Part shown: piece after piece, positions 53,955 to 64,000 of the stretch
Numbering within the stretch: position 1 is the first letter of the stretch
Layout of the letters: each line of letters begins with the position of its first letter
Origin: an uncultured Nitrososphaerota archaeon
GTDB lineage: Archaea; Thermoproteota; Nitrososphaeria; Nitrososphaerales; CADDZS01
DNA: 64,000 nucleotides
Direction of reading: 5' to 3'
Assembly: GCA_963799845.1 (NCBI GenBank)
Contig: CAWCYI010000006.1
Location: 1,152,001 to 1,216,000 of the forward strand
Made by a program: the position numbers and the translations under genes
The notes under the pieces: model-generated
Told to the model about the DNA's origin: nothing
Databases searched by the model: none
Seen by the model: only the letters and a program-made list of their open reading frames with translations

Positions 53955-55140
53955 CGAAGGCAAGTACTCACTCTCCAAGAGACTTGAATCAGTACCAACA
54001 TCGGTAATGTTCGAGTTTGCAGACAAGATTCGGCGGCTTCAGCAGCAGGGAATGAACGTTACCGATCTTTCACTAGGACAGCCCGACGTCCCAGCGCCGG
54101 ATCATATCTCACGCGCCCTAAGAGAATCAACGGAAAAGCCAATTACATCCTACACTTCTGCTGCCGGATCGTTGGAACTCCGGAACTTGATCTCGGAGTC
54201 CTACTCTAATGGGAGCGGCATTGAGACAAATCCGGATAATGTTGTGGTAACCTGTGGTTCGAAACACGCCCTATTCATCTCGCTGCTTTCTTTGATTGAT
54301 CAGGGAGATGAGATTCTGGTTCCCGAACCTTTCTTTCCACCGTATGCTGAAATTGCCGGTTTGATTGGCGCGAGGCTCAAAACGATACGAATCAGAGAAG
54401 ACGAGCGGAGTTTCAATCTTGATGTGGAAAAACTTCTGTCGGCCGTTTCTGCCCGAACTAAAGTAGTTCTTCTAAATTATCCCAACAATCCTGCAGGATG
54501 GACTTTGGATGGTTCCAAGGTCAAGAGAATCGTGGAATTTTGTATTTCCAAGCAGATTTGTCTTGTTTCTGATGAAATCTACGACAAGATTGCTTTTGAC
54601 AATCGAACCCATTCTCATGCATGGTCTTATGCGCAAGACTCCAATTACATCGTTGGACTCGGGAGCTTTTCCAAAACATACAGCATGGTTCCCTACAGAC
54701 TCGGATTCATTATCGCGCAGAAGAAAGTCTGTTCGGGAATTCTAAAGTCACAACGGGCCACCATAACAATGGTCAGTCCTTTTGTTCAAGCTGCCGGGTG
54801 CGCTGCGCTCAGGGGGCCGCAGAATTTCGTTTCGGAGCGATTACGAAAATACGAAGAAAGACGAGACAAATGTATCGAGATTTTGAGGAGGCTTAGCATT
54901 CCAGTCGTAAGTCCAGAAGGCGCATTCTATCTTTTCATAAAAATGCCGGAGAGAACGAACGTGATGAAATTTTCAACAAGACTTCTGGAGCGTGATAGCA
55001 TCGCTGTACTCCCGGGAGAGATTTTCGGAGCCGATTGGAGCCAATATGTGCGATTATCCTTCGCAACGCCGGATGCGCTACTTTATCCTGCGATTGAAAA
55101 GTTCGGAGAAACTTTCAACAATTCTGTCGGTACCGACTAA
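53902..55140 (+). CDS. PLP-dependent aminotransferase class I/II (aspartate aminotransferase-like)
   Basis: LGQPD, NYPNNPAG, SDEIY, SFSKTYSM..YRLG and EGAFY. The start codon is uncertain. Confidence 0.9.
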   Translation: MDLSVRCPPRRHTGIHSDEGKYSLSKRLESVPTSVMFEFADKIRRLQQQGMNVTDLSLGQPDVPAPDHISRALRESTEKPITSYTSAAGSLELRNLISESYSNGSGIETNPDNVVVTCGSKHALFISLLSLIDQGDEILVPEPFFPPYAEIAGLIGARLKTIRIREDERSFNLDVEKLLSAVSARTKVVLLNYPNNPAGWTLDGSKVKRIVEFCISKQICLVSDEIYDKIAFDNRTHSHAWSYAQDSNYIVGLGSFSKTYSMVPYRLGFIIAQKKVCSGILKSQRATITMVSPFVQAAGCAALRGPQNFVSERLRKYEERRDKCIEILRRLSIPVVSPEGAFYLFIKMPERTNVMKFSTRLLERDSIAVLPGEIFGADWSQYVRLSFATPDALLYPAIEKFGETFNNSVGTD

Positions 55141-56648
55141 TCCAGCCAGACCCTCTTCTTGCCCTTCGAGTTCACGACCACCGCCTTTGTTTCAAGGTAG
55201 TTCTCCAAACCTTCGATCGACATTTCTTTCCCCAATCCGCTCTCCTTCAGCCCACCGAACGGGAGATCTATCTGAGGTTCATGGTATGAGTTAATCCATG
55301 TTGTTCCTGCGACTATCTTGTTTGCTGCTCTCATCGCGGCGTCCAAGTCTCTTGTCCATATCGAGGAGCCAAGTCCGTAAGGCGAATCATTGGCAAGATC
55401 GATCGCTTCGTTGACGGTGGAGAATTTGAAAATTGGGAGAACAGGGCCGAAAGTTTCTTCGGTGACCAACTTGGAATTTCGTTGAACATCTTTGACGAGG
55501 GTTGGATAGAAGAAATATCCATTGGATAAACTAGGTTCGTCAGGCTCTTTCCCACCTGAAATGACGCTCGCACCTTTTTCGACTGCGTCGTCCAATTGCT
55601 CCTCGATTTTTTCTCTCTGGCTGCGAGAATGCAAGGGCCCCATCTTTGATTCATTTCGGAGTCCGTTACCAATCTTGATTTTCTGGATTCGTTCAGATAT
55701 CTTCCTTACAAACAATTCAAACTTTCCATCCTGTACGTATAGCCTCTTGACGCTCATGCAGACCTGACCACAGTTGCGAAACCTGCTAATCAATGCCCCG
55801 TCGATCGCCAGATCTAAATCGGCGTCATCGCAGATAATCATAGGATCGCTGCCGCCCAATTCTAGACTCACTCGCTTGATCCCTCTTGCCGCGACACTCA
55901 TGACTTTCTTGCCCGTCTCGGTTTCACCGGTAAATGCAATCTTCGACACTTTCTTGTTCGAAACCAGTTCCTCACCAACAACGCTGCCTTTCCCTGTGAC
56001 GAAATTCAGAGCCCCCGGCGGTAGTCCAGCTTTATTGACAAGTTCGCACATGACAGAATCGGCTAAGGGAGTGCTGCTCGCCGGCTTCGCGACAACTGTA
56101 TTGCCGGCTGCAAGTGCCGGGGCGAGCTTAACGGCCATTAAAATTACTGGAGAGTTCCACGGAGCTATTGCCACTGTTACTCCGACAGGTTGCTTGAAGA
56201 CGAGGCCGAATTCTGAAGGATCAGAAAGCTCAACTTTCCTTCCAGAGATAGTTGGAGCGAGCCCAGCATAATACCGAAAAACCGACGCGGTAAGTCGAAC
56301 TTCGTTCAGAGATTCGGGGTATGTCTTACCCTGTTCTCTCGTGAGTAACCCTGCGATCTGCTCCTCAGATTGAGTAATGAGATCGGCTGCCCTAAATAAG
56401 ATCTGCGACCGTGCCCTCGGGGTCGTTTCACTCCACTTTTCGAAAGACGTGTAAGCGGCATCGATTGCATTTTTCGCGTCATCAATGGAGCCCATTGAAA
56501 AGTCGGCCACCGTCTCACAAATATCCGCAGGATTCTTGATATGACCCACTTCACCGCTCGCTGAATCTGTCTCCTTGCCATCTATCAACAGCTTGCGCAC
56601 CTGAGACAAGGAAAGATCTACTCCGGGTTTGGAACTATTCCCAATCAC
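55137..56648 (-). CDS. NAD(P)-dependent aldehyde dehydrogenase
   Basis: PWN, FTGETETG, LELGG, GQVC, EETFGP and PFGG.KESG. Confidence 0.95.
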   Translation of the reverse strand: MIGNSSKPGVDLSLSQVRKLLIDGKETDSASGEVGHIKNPADICETVADFSMGSIDDAKNAIDAAYTSFEKWSETTPRARSQILFRAADLITQSEEQIAGLLTREQGKTYPESLNEVRLTASVFRYYAGLAPTISGRKVELSDPSEFGLVFKQPVGVTVAIAPWNSPVILMAVKLAPALAAGNTVVAKPASSTPLADSVMCELVNKAGLPPGALNFVTGKGSVVGEELVSNKKVSKIAFTGETETGKKVMSVAARGIKRVSLELGGSDPMIICDDADLDLAIDGALISRFRNCGQVCMSVKRLYVQDGKFELFVRKISERIQKIKIGNGLRNESKMGPLHSRSQREKIEEQLDDAVEKGASVISGGKEPDEPSLSNGYFFYPTLVKDVQRNSKLVTEETFGPVLPIFKFSTVNEAIDLANDSPYGLGSSIWTRDLDAAMRAANKIVAGTTWINSYHEPQIDLPFGGLKESGLGKEMSIEGLENYLETKAVVVNSKGKKRVWLD

Positions 56649-56962
56649 AAATCGAAGACAATCTTACGTATTTGTGAAAGTGCTTCTTCGACATGGGTAT
56701 GTCCAGCAATTACTCGGGTCGCATCCTTTTGATCCACGATTGTGCCAAGTTCTTTCAATGATTCCTTCAAGTGGTTAGCTGCTTTCGATGCCGACTCCTC
56801 CCAGTTCGTATTTTCCGAGATCTTCTTCATGAGATCGATTCTGAGTTTCATCTGCCTCAAATCCCACGCCTGCCAATCGAAACGTTCACGGGTGAACGCG
56901 TTCTCTAGAAGTAACAACGAGTTCTCTGGGGATATGCCTTTTGAGACCAAGACGAATTTCAC
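56645..56962 (-). CDS. Hypothetical protein (105 aa) coupled between UbiD and ALDH
   Basis: 3-nt gap to the ubiD-like stop and 4-nt overlap with ALDH; helical. Confidence 0.6.
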   Translation of the reverse strand: MKFVLVSKGISPENSLLLLENAFTRERFDWQAWDLRQMKLRIDLMKKISENTNWEESASKAANHLKESLKELGTIVDQKDATRVIAGHTHVEEALSQIRKIVFDL

Positions 56963-56965
56963 CTA

Positions 56966-58345
56966 TCAAACGTAAGATGTGATATCAATGTTCTTCCAGT
57001 ACTCCAACGGTACATCAGCAGATTCCTGAAAAGGCTGTTCGATCGGTTTTGTCGCGTCTATCGCCCATTTTGTATTCAGTGCGCCCCTGTCGGCTCTTGA
57101 CCTTATCGAGTAAGCAGACGGGTCTAGCTCGGCGACGTAGGCTTCGGGAACGATGGTGAGCGCCCTGTCTGCCTGAGTCCTAGTGGCAACCGCCCACCAG
57201 ACCTGCTGCTCATCATGAACGTTGATGTCTTGGTCAACAATAACAGCCATCTTGATCATTGGGTCGGCGGCCAGTGCAGATAGTGAAGTCATTTTCCCTT
57301 GGCCGTCGTAGTCTTTCTTCATCGAAACGTATGCGATGTGCCGACATGTTCCCGACAGAGGTAATTCTACATCCACAATTGACGGGACCGCGAGCTTGAT
57401 TCTTTTGTAAACTACCGCTTCTCTCTGAACTTTTGCCGCCATGTTGTGATCGGCATGCGCGCTGAAAATATCGTGATATATCGGATTATTTCTGAAAGTC
57501 ACTGCAGTTATCTCCAGAACATGGGACATTCTCTCCAGTCCGTAATACCAAGTGTATTCACCAAACGGAGCCTCGGGTTCCCGAACGTCGGCAATCACCT
57601 TACCTTCTAACACGATTTCTGCGAACGCGGGCACGCGAAGATCGACAGTCTCACACGGGACGAGGTCAACAGGTTCTCCAAGCAGTCCTCCCATTACTGA
57701 AAATTCGTCCATCCCGAGAGGAACTTTAGTTTGAGATGTTAGGGTACTGGCAGGATGATGGCCGATAAAGAAAGCCATCTCTGTCGGCTTTCCTTTGGAT
57801 TCGAATTTTCTGATTACATGCATTGCCTTTGAATAGTCGCCGTAAAGAACTCCGAATCGATTTCTTTCCTTGTACATGAGTCGGAAAATTCCTGTGTCAT
57901 AAGCTCCCGTGTCTGGATCTTTGAATACACTAACTCCAGAAGTTATGTAGGGACCGGCGTCTTTTTCACAGTGAGTGATGTGGGGCAAGAAATTCAGATC
58001 TAAGTTGTCGCCCTTGATTACGTTCTCTTTGACTGGACCGTCCGACACTACCTTTGAAGGGATTCTCTTGTCTTCATTTGCCATGTAGTCCTTGAGCAAA
58101 GTGGACTCGCTCGCTCCAAATCCGAGTGCTAAACGAGACTTCGACGCAAACAAATTAGATACTACAGGCATCTCTGAGTTCTTTACTTTCTCAAAATATA
58201 CGAGTGGATACCTTCCTTTTTCCTGAAATTTTCGAATCACTCCGCAGAGTTCGAATTTCGGATCGACTTGTTTCTTAATTCTGACAAAATCTTCCGGCTG
58301 TTTAGATTCAACTTCTTTTAGAAAATAACGAAGGTCCTTCGGCAT
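56966..58345 (-). CDS. UbiD family (prFMN-dependent) decarboxylase
   Basis: DLRYFL, DAGPYIT, GIFR, VPA.AEIVLEG, EAPFGEYT and VDQDIN...WA.ATR. Confidence 0.93.
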   Translation of the reverse strand: MPKDLRYFLKEVESKQPEDFVRIKKQVDPKFELCGVIRKFQEKGRYPLVYFEKVKNSEMPVVSNLFASKSRLALGFGASESTLLKDYMANEDKRIPSKVVSDGPVKENVIKGDNLDLNFLPHITHCEKDAGPYITSGVSVFKDPDTGAYDTGIFRLMYKERNRFGVLYGDYSKAMHVIRKFESKGKPTEMAFFIGHHPASTLTSQTKVPLGMDEFSVMGGLLGEPVDLVPCETVDLRVPAFAEIVLEGKVIADVREPEAPFGEYTWYYGLERMSHVLEITAVTFRNNPIYHDIFSAHADHNMAAKVQREAVVYKRIKLAVPSIVDVELPLSGTCRHIAYVSMKKDYDGQGKMTSLSALAADPMIKMAVIVDQDINVHDEQQVWWAVATRTQADRALTIVPEAYVAELDPSAYSIRSRADRGALNTKWAIDATKPIEQPFQESADVPLEYWKNIDITSYV

Positions 58346-58497
58346 TGTTTTCGGCGATGATTAGTCGTTGACGCTTAAAGGGTTTAAGCATCCAGAGGTG
58401 TGGGAGGTTTGATCATGTTATTCATCGTAGCATACAAGCTGAAATTGATTGCGCGTAACCTCATACATAATAATCACTATCCGAACCCAATTCATGA

Positions 58498-60206
58498 ATG
58501 TTGTTAAGTGATAAGATAGTCCAGCTGCTCGAAGAGCTAGGGGTGCACTACGTATTCGGAGTGCCTGGTTCGACCACGGTTTCTCTAATAACATCGATTT
58601 CAGGTTCGGATCAAATCAAATTCATCTCTTCACTGAACGAGAACGTTTCCCTTGCAATGGCTGACGGTTATGCGAGAACGAGTGGAAAAATAGGGGTGGT
58701 ACTTTTGCATACTACGCCCGGACTTGCAACTGCTTTGCCGAACCTATACAACGCGTACGTTGACCGCGTTCCTCTGTTGATTTTGGTTGGCGATGTGAAC
58801 TCAAAGTTCCTAATCAAGGAGCCAGGTCTGTCACTCGATGGAATCGAAAATCTGGCAAAACCACTTACTGAATGGTCGTACTATGCAAAATCAACTTCAG
58901 ATGTTCTTATTGCGATGAAAAGAACTGCAGGCATATTCAACTCTCCGGGAGTAGGCCCGTGCTGCATCGTAATTCCCGAAGACATTATGGAAGAGAACGT
59001 CTCCGATCGAAACGGATCAAGCTCGAGTTTTTCGAAAGCACCGATTATCATGAATCCAGACCGGCAGCAAATTCGTCTCCTCGCTTCTGCAATAGATATG
59101 GCAAAATGGCCAGGTCCTCATTGTCGGGAGACAGATCAAGAGCGATTCTGCTGTAAAAGTACTCGTTGAATTTTGCAATCGTTTCGCCGTTCCTGTACTT
59201 TTGGAGAGTCCCTATCCATCGGCTTACACGGTAGGTTTCCCGCAGGATGATCCGTGCTACATGGGTCTGTTCAGGAGGGAGGCAGAATCATTGAAGCAAA
59301 CTGATCTAGTAATCGGATTAGGGGGACAGCTAATTACCGAAAGAAAGTATTATGAGGAAGATCCTTTCAACTCAACAACGAAAATTATTCACATTAGTTC
59401 GGATATTTGGCAGCTTGGAAAAAACGTGAGGACCGATTCTTCGATCGCCGCTGACCCGGAAATAACGGCGCAGATGCTCTGTGCCATTTCAAAAGAGATC
59501 GAACCAAACCGAATCAACCGAGACTCAAGGAGATCTAAGATGGCAAGCCTGCAGCTGAATGCGGAAAAAAGAGATGGATAATTTGCTTTCGAAACGAGGG
59601 GATGAGAACGGGATAAAACCGTGGAGGCTGGTTCACGCGATGAAAGAGTCGCTCCGGGATGAAGATTACATTATTGTTGATGAGGGAGTTGTTGCTTCGT
59701 CATATCTTTCGGAGCTCTTTGTGTTTACAATTCCAGGTTCCCTCGTCGGAAGGAGTGCGGGTTGTTTGGGGTGGGGAGTCGGGGCGGCGATTGGGGCGAA
59801 ACTGGCCTCTCCCGAAAAGAAAGTGATAGCTTTTGTCGGAGACGGCGCGCTGATGTTTAGTCCACAAGGGATATGGTCTGCGGCACACTACAAAATACCT
59901 GTCTTGATCATTGTCTGTAATAATTCTGGATATTCCTCGGTCGGCCTTTCTCTGGACAGCTATTCGCGAAGAGCAAATAAGAAAGTGAATAACAACAGCA
60001 TTATGATAAAAGATCCAAGATTAGAGATCTCAAAATTAGGTCAGTCACTAGGGGCAAACTCTGTTTTGATTAATTCTGAAAAGGAGCTACTGTCGGCAAT
60101 TAAGAAAGCTGTTTCCTCGAAGACTGTATCTCTCTTAGATGTCAAAATCGACCCCAGCGAAAGAGGATACGAAAACTCGACCGGGAATAATTCCTCATGG
60201 ACTTGA
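58498..60206 (+). CDS. TPP-dependent decarboxylase (benzoylformate decarboxylase-like); two frameshifts at about 59113 and 59557
   Basis: FGVPGST, E...AMADGYAR, LHTTPGL, GCLGWG..AAIGA and GDG...NNSGY across three consecutive ORFs. Confidence 0.88.
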
Positions 60207-60221
60207 AGCCGCCCAGTTCCT

Positions 60222-61106
60222 CTAATTACTCAGTTCCGACTCGGCTATCCGGATTTTGATGCCAATTAGGCGATCTACAATCCCGTGAAGAGCGTATCTT
60301 TCCTGCATAAAAGATGATTTGGTTTGGGACGATCTGAGTCTCGATATAACTGAGTCCAACCTCACGAGGGCCACTCTCATACTCAAAATAGCGTCGTCGA
60401 CCGATCTCATATCAGGAGACACCTTCGAAACCCTGCTTCTGGTGTCTCGCATTTCCAAAAGGCCCGTGCCTTTCTGTCCTGACGCATACATTTGGCGTTT
60501 CATTTTTCTTAATTCGGTTATACTGAGTTTGTCCCTTTCAGCAATATTGGCCAATACTGTTCTATCCTCCTGGTTCTTTATCCAGACAATTTCCTGAGCT
60601 TGACTCGTGCTAATTTTCCTAGAATCGATCTTTGCAAGGATGTCGTCAGACAGTTCTAGAAGAGACATTCGATGTGAGATGTATTCCTGACTCTTTCCAA
60701 TTCTTTTCCCCAAATCTGAGACTCCTCCCCAGCCGAACTCAACAACATATTGTTTGTACGCCCTCGCTTCTTCCACAGAAGAAAGAGTATTGCGCTGAAC
60801 ATTTTCGATAATCGAAAACTCAAACGCATCGATATCGGTGAGGTCTCTTACGATACAATCAATGTGCCGCTTCATCAACTTACGGCACGCTTCGAACCTT
60901 CTGTGGCCGCAAACGATCTCGAATTTGTCACCAATCGGTCTAACCAGAACCGGTTGAAGCAACCCGTGAACCCTGATCGAGTCGGCCAACTCAGAAAGAT
61001 CTCCTAACTGAATTCTAACCTGCTTCTGAGAAGGTATGATCAGCGAAGTCTCTATTGGTTCTATTTGCTGACTGGATTCGAGGTAAGTCCTAAGATGTCT
61101 GGACAT
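60222..61106 (-). CDS. parB: ParB/Spo0J-family CTPase-HTH protein
   Basis: ELADSI..HGLLQPVLVR, EIVCGHRR (GxRR), IIENVQR, EEA.AY and HTH (LGKRIGKSQEYISH). Confidence 0.9.
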   Translation of the reverse strand: MSRHLRTYLESSQQIEPIETSLIIPSQKQVRIQLGDLSELADSIRVHGLLQPVLVRPIGDKFEIVCGHRRFEACRKLMKRHIDCIVRDLTDIDAFEFSIIENVQRNTLSSVEEARAYKQYVVEFGWGGVSDLGKRIGKSQEYISHRMSLLELSDDILAKIDSRKISTSQAQEIVWIKNQEDRTVLANIAERDKLSITELRKMKRQMYASGQKGTGLLEMRDTRSRVSKVSPDMRSVDDAILSMRVALVRLDSVISRLRSSQTKSSFMQERYALHGIVDRLIGIKIRIAESELSN

Positions 61107-61149
61107 TGTTGTGCGTGGGGAACAACGATGAAATATTAGAATCAGGTTA

Positions 61150-61167
61150 GGGTTTCATATGCAACCC
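61150..61167. promoter_or_regulatory. parS-like palindrome upstream of parB
   Basis: GGGTTTCATATGCAACCC is an 18-bp inverted repeat with one mismatched pair. The 16-bp core matches the bacterial parS consensus TGTTTCACGTGAAACA at 11 of 16 positions. Confidence 0.5.
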
Positions 61168-61203
61168 ATATGTTGAGGTTCTACCACATTCTGAAATAGT
61201 ATC

Positions 61204-62061
61204 TCAAATTTCGTGACTCGAGAGATTTTTTTGCAGCACTTTCATCCTTTCTGAAAATGTGATTGATTTCAACCAAAGTTCTTCGAAGTAGCTTATGCAT
61301 CCTTTCACAAGGACACTGTTCCTTGTCGAAAGGATCGTCCTGTCGGGCTCGTCAATAGAAATTATTGTTCCTGCAAGAACAAGTTCCGCACCATCAATTA
61401 CTAGATATCTCAAAGAATTCTCAAGATTCGCAACGTGGTTGAGGTGGACGCAGTCCGAGTAGCTCTTGGCGACCCTGTAGTTCAGTGGCTGGACTTCGGT
61501 AAGAACTCGAACAGTCAGCCCTCTTGATGTGGCAAGTTTTTCGTATTCAGAGAAATCGATGTAGTGCCTTCGAAGGGCGTTTGCAGAGACCACCTTAATG
61601 ATCTCCGATTTTGCAGATTGTATGCTGTCGATTACTCTTGGAATAACAGCGCTTCCCCGCACAAGCCGAAAGGCGGAATCAGGTTCAGCATAATCTCGTT
61701 CGTCCGAGCCTCTATCGCTCTTATTTTTCTGATTATCCAGCCACTCAGTCAAAACGTCGGTCTTCGATTCGAGCGCAATAATTTCGTCTCTCCTACTGTC
61801 AAGCAAAAGCCTGACCGCCCTCGTCGGATCAATGGCATAATGTCGCGACGGATTTCCGACGCCAAGCTCGACCAATCCAAGCTGAGTCAACCGCTTTAGT
61901 GCTCGATAAGTGTCCGACCTATGGACACTCATCTTTTTCGAAATCTCAGTGGTCGATAGACCGTCCGACCCCACGAGAACTACAAAGACTTTTGCCTGGA
62001 GCGGAGTTAATCCAAATTCCGCCAAGGAAGGAATTATTCTGGTGTCCTCGTCGATAGACAT
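61204..62061 (-). CDS. TrmB family transcriptional regulator
   Basis: L.EFGLT..QAKV, HTH VHRSDTYRALKRL..GLVE..G.P..Y.AIDP; C-terminal PLD-like effector domain (AKSEI, VIDG.E, YFEELW). Confidence 0.88.
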   Translation of the reverse strand: MSIDEDTRIIPSLAEFGLTPLQAKVFVVLVGSDGLSTTEISKKMSVHRSDTYRALKRLTQLGLVELGVGNPSRHYAIDPTRAVRLLLDSRRDEIIALESKTDVLTEWLDNQKNKSDRGSDERDYAEPDSAFRLVRGSAVIPRVIDSIQSAKSEIIKVVSANALRRHYIDFSEYEKLATSRGLTVRVLTEVQPLNYRVAKSYSDCVHLNHVANLENSLRYLVIDGAELVLAGTIISIDEPDRTILSTRNSVLVKGCISYFEELWLKSITFSERMKVLQKNLSSHEI

Positions 62062-62124
62062 CTAATCGATAGTTAATTCTAGTTGCGTAAAAAAATACCT
62101 CAATGCAGCCAAATAATACGATCT

Positions 62125-64000
62125 TTAGTGCTGACTCGCTCTCAATGACTTCCAAACATTCTCAGGTGACAGAGGTTGAAGAAGTGCGTTTGCCCTCAGC
62201 GGAGTAAGTGCATCCTCCACCGCATTTGATATTCCATACGGCGGGGTGATGCAACCCCCCTCGGCGGCGCCCTTGAACCCTCCCAACGTTACCGGAGATG
62301 GGGTTACCATGTGAATGATTTCAAGATCTGGAATCTCCATCGCGGTGGGAAGCAAATAATCTAGAAAAGTAGAAGACAAAAGTTGACCCTCTGAATTGTA
62401 TACCAAGTCCTCAAACATAGCTCCGCCGATCCCGTGGGCTACTCCCCCCTGGATTTGCCCATCCAGAGTCATTGGGTTGATGATGTTCCCACAATCAGAA
62501 ACGAAAACTTGTTTTTCGACTTTCACCTTTCCAGAGTTGGTATCAACCTGCACGATTACTCCGTAGGCACCTGCGGTTTCCGATGGATACAAATTCATCC
62601 TTCCCTTCTCATCAGGAATATATCGAATGTTAGGAGTTACGTATCGCGCCGTCTCGTCGATTCCGGGTTCTACACCAGACGGAAGCAAATAGATCTTTGT
62701 GTAAGCTATTGCAGCGATTTCTGAAATAGAAATTGTCTTGCTCGTATCCTTGATGCTTGTAAGATGGCCTCCCTCGAGAATAATCTCTCTTTCTTCGACG
62801 CCCAGTCTTGCGGAAGCGATCTTGATCAATTTTCTCTTCACTTTGTCGCAAGCCATCATCACCGATCCAACACCTGCTATTGCAAACCTAGAGGCCCATG
62901 CACCCAAACCGTAGGGAGAGATCGATGTATCACCTTCCGACACGCTGACGTCCCCCGGATCAACGCCCAGCTCATCCGCCACGATCTGCGAAAGAGCCGT
63001 TTCGTGTCCTTGGCCTTGAGCCGCTACTCCCGCCATGACGGTGATTTTTCCTGAAGGGTCTATCCTGATGGTTGACGAGTCGTATCCAGTGTGAAGGGAA
63101 TCCGGGACTGCGTTGGCAGATGGCTCGATCATGAAGCTAACGGAAACGCCCTTGTAGATTCCTTTGCTCCAGAGATCCCTTTGCTCTTTCTTGAATTTGG
63201 TGTAACCAATTGCGTCTGCCGCCTTGCGCAGATTAGACGGGTAATTCCCACTATCGTAAACCGCACCAGTGCAAGTATGATACGGAAACTCGTTCGGGAG
63301 GATAAAGTTCTTGATTCTCAATTCAATGGGATCTAGACCCGATCTCCTAGCCGCAATGTCCAGAATTCTTTCGATAACAAAATTTGCGTCCGCTTTGCCG
63401 AATCCTCTCAAGGCCCCAAACGGTGCTTTGTTTGTGTTCGCGACATGCAAATCAATTTCATAATTCTGAATTTTGTATCCGCTGGGAAGGAAAAGAGTAG
63501 TAGCTAACACGGAAGCGAGACCCGACTGGGGCATAAACGCCCCAAGATCAGCTATCATCTTATCTCTAAGAGCAGTGATGGTTCCGTCTTTCTTCAGTCC
63601 CAACTCCACATAGTGAACCTGCTGACGTGAATGGCATCCTGCTTTCAAGTTCTCAGATCTTGATTCGATCCACTTTACAGGCCGCCCCGTCTTGTAAGAA
63701 AGATAGGCAATCAAAGGTTCCTCCTGGTAAAGCGGAATCTTCTGGCCGAAACCGCCTCCGACATGGGGAGCAATTACTCTGATCTTGTCTTCAGGAATAC
63801 TGATGGACTGCGAAATGAGAGTTCTAAGGATGTGTGGGGTCTGGGTGGAGGCGTAATAGGTCATGGTCTTTGAGAATACATCGTAGTTCGCAACATAGCC
63901 TCTGGTCTCAATTGGGGCGGCAGCATACCGGTGCCGTGTGATTTTTTCTTTGATTACAAAATCCGCCTGCTCAAGAGCATCTTCGACCTCCCCGATTTTG
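62125..64000 (-). CDS. Xanthine dehydrogenase/CoxL-family molybdopterin-binding large subunit, 5' partial
   Basis: VGGGFGQK, ALRGFG loop, QGQGHET, GQIQGG and KGAAEG; the frame runs off the window end. Confidence 0.92.
   Translation of the reverse strand, partial: KIGEVEDALEQADFVIKEKITRHRYAAAPIETRGYVANYDVFSKTMTYYASTQTPHILRTLISQSISIPEDKIRVIAPHVGGGFGQKIPLYQEEPLIAYLSYKTGRPVKWIESRSENLKAGCHSRQQVHYVELGLKKDGTITALRDKMIADLGAFMPQSGLASVLATTLFLPSGYKIQNYEIDLHVANTNKAPFGALRGFGKADANFVIERILDIAARRSGLDPIELRIKNFILPNEFPYHTCTGAVYDSGNYPSNLRKAADAIGYTKFKKEQRDLWSKGIYKGVSVSFMIEPSANAVPDSLHTGYDSSTIRIDPSGKITVMAGVAAQGQGHETALSQIVADELGVDPGDVSVSEGDTSISPYGLGAWASRFAIAGVGSVMMACDKVKRKLIKIASARLGVEEREIILEGGHLTSIKDTSKTISISEIAAIAYTKIYLLPSGVEPGIDETARYVTPNIRYIPDEKGRMNLYPSETAGAYGVIVQVDTNSGKVKVEKQVFVSDCGNIINPMTLDGQIQGGVAHGIGGAMFEDLVYNSEGQLLSSTFLDYLLPTAMEIPDLEIIHMVTPSPVTLGGFKGAAEGGCITPPYGISNAVEDALTPLRANALLQPLSPENVWKSLRASQH

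Overview
Archaeal chromosomal segment, most likely a non-ammonia-oxidising Nitrososphaerota (Thaumarchaeota) judged from the TBP, thermosome, CDC48 and his operon sequences. From left to right: (1) 0-21 kb, a heterotrophic island (molybdo-oxidoreductase, cytochrome P450, enolase-family dehydratases, Gfo/Idh/MocA and LLM oxidoreductases, transporters) that contains a sulfur-oxidiser-type aprMBA operon; (2) 22-28.5 kb, hisGDCBHAFI; (3) 28.7-40.4 kb, a thermosome/CDC48/TBP region packed with small uncharacterised ORFs, several missed by the ORF track; (4) about 41-42.5 kb, an unannotated 46-aa secreted-type peptide gene (ending DVIGGGGSG) with its own terminator, divergent from a tandem Lrp-like regulator, which is a candidate archaeal peptide-signalling cassette; (5) 42.5-64 kb, a catabolic island (TPP enzymes, ferritin-like diiron protein, NitT/TauT ABC transporter, hydantoinase A/B, UbiD, ALDH, xanthine-dehydrogenase-family subunit) with a TrmB-ParB pair and a parS-like palindrome upstream of parB. 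About 12 single-base frameshifts break genes. Six fall on AGCT and two on GTAC, which suggests methylation-induced long-read errors rather than true pseudogenes. No rRNA, tRNA, CRISPR array or integrase was recognised. All family assignments come from motif recognition by eye, not from database searches.
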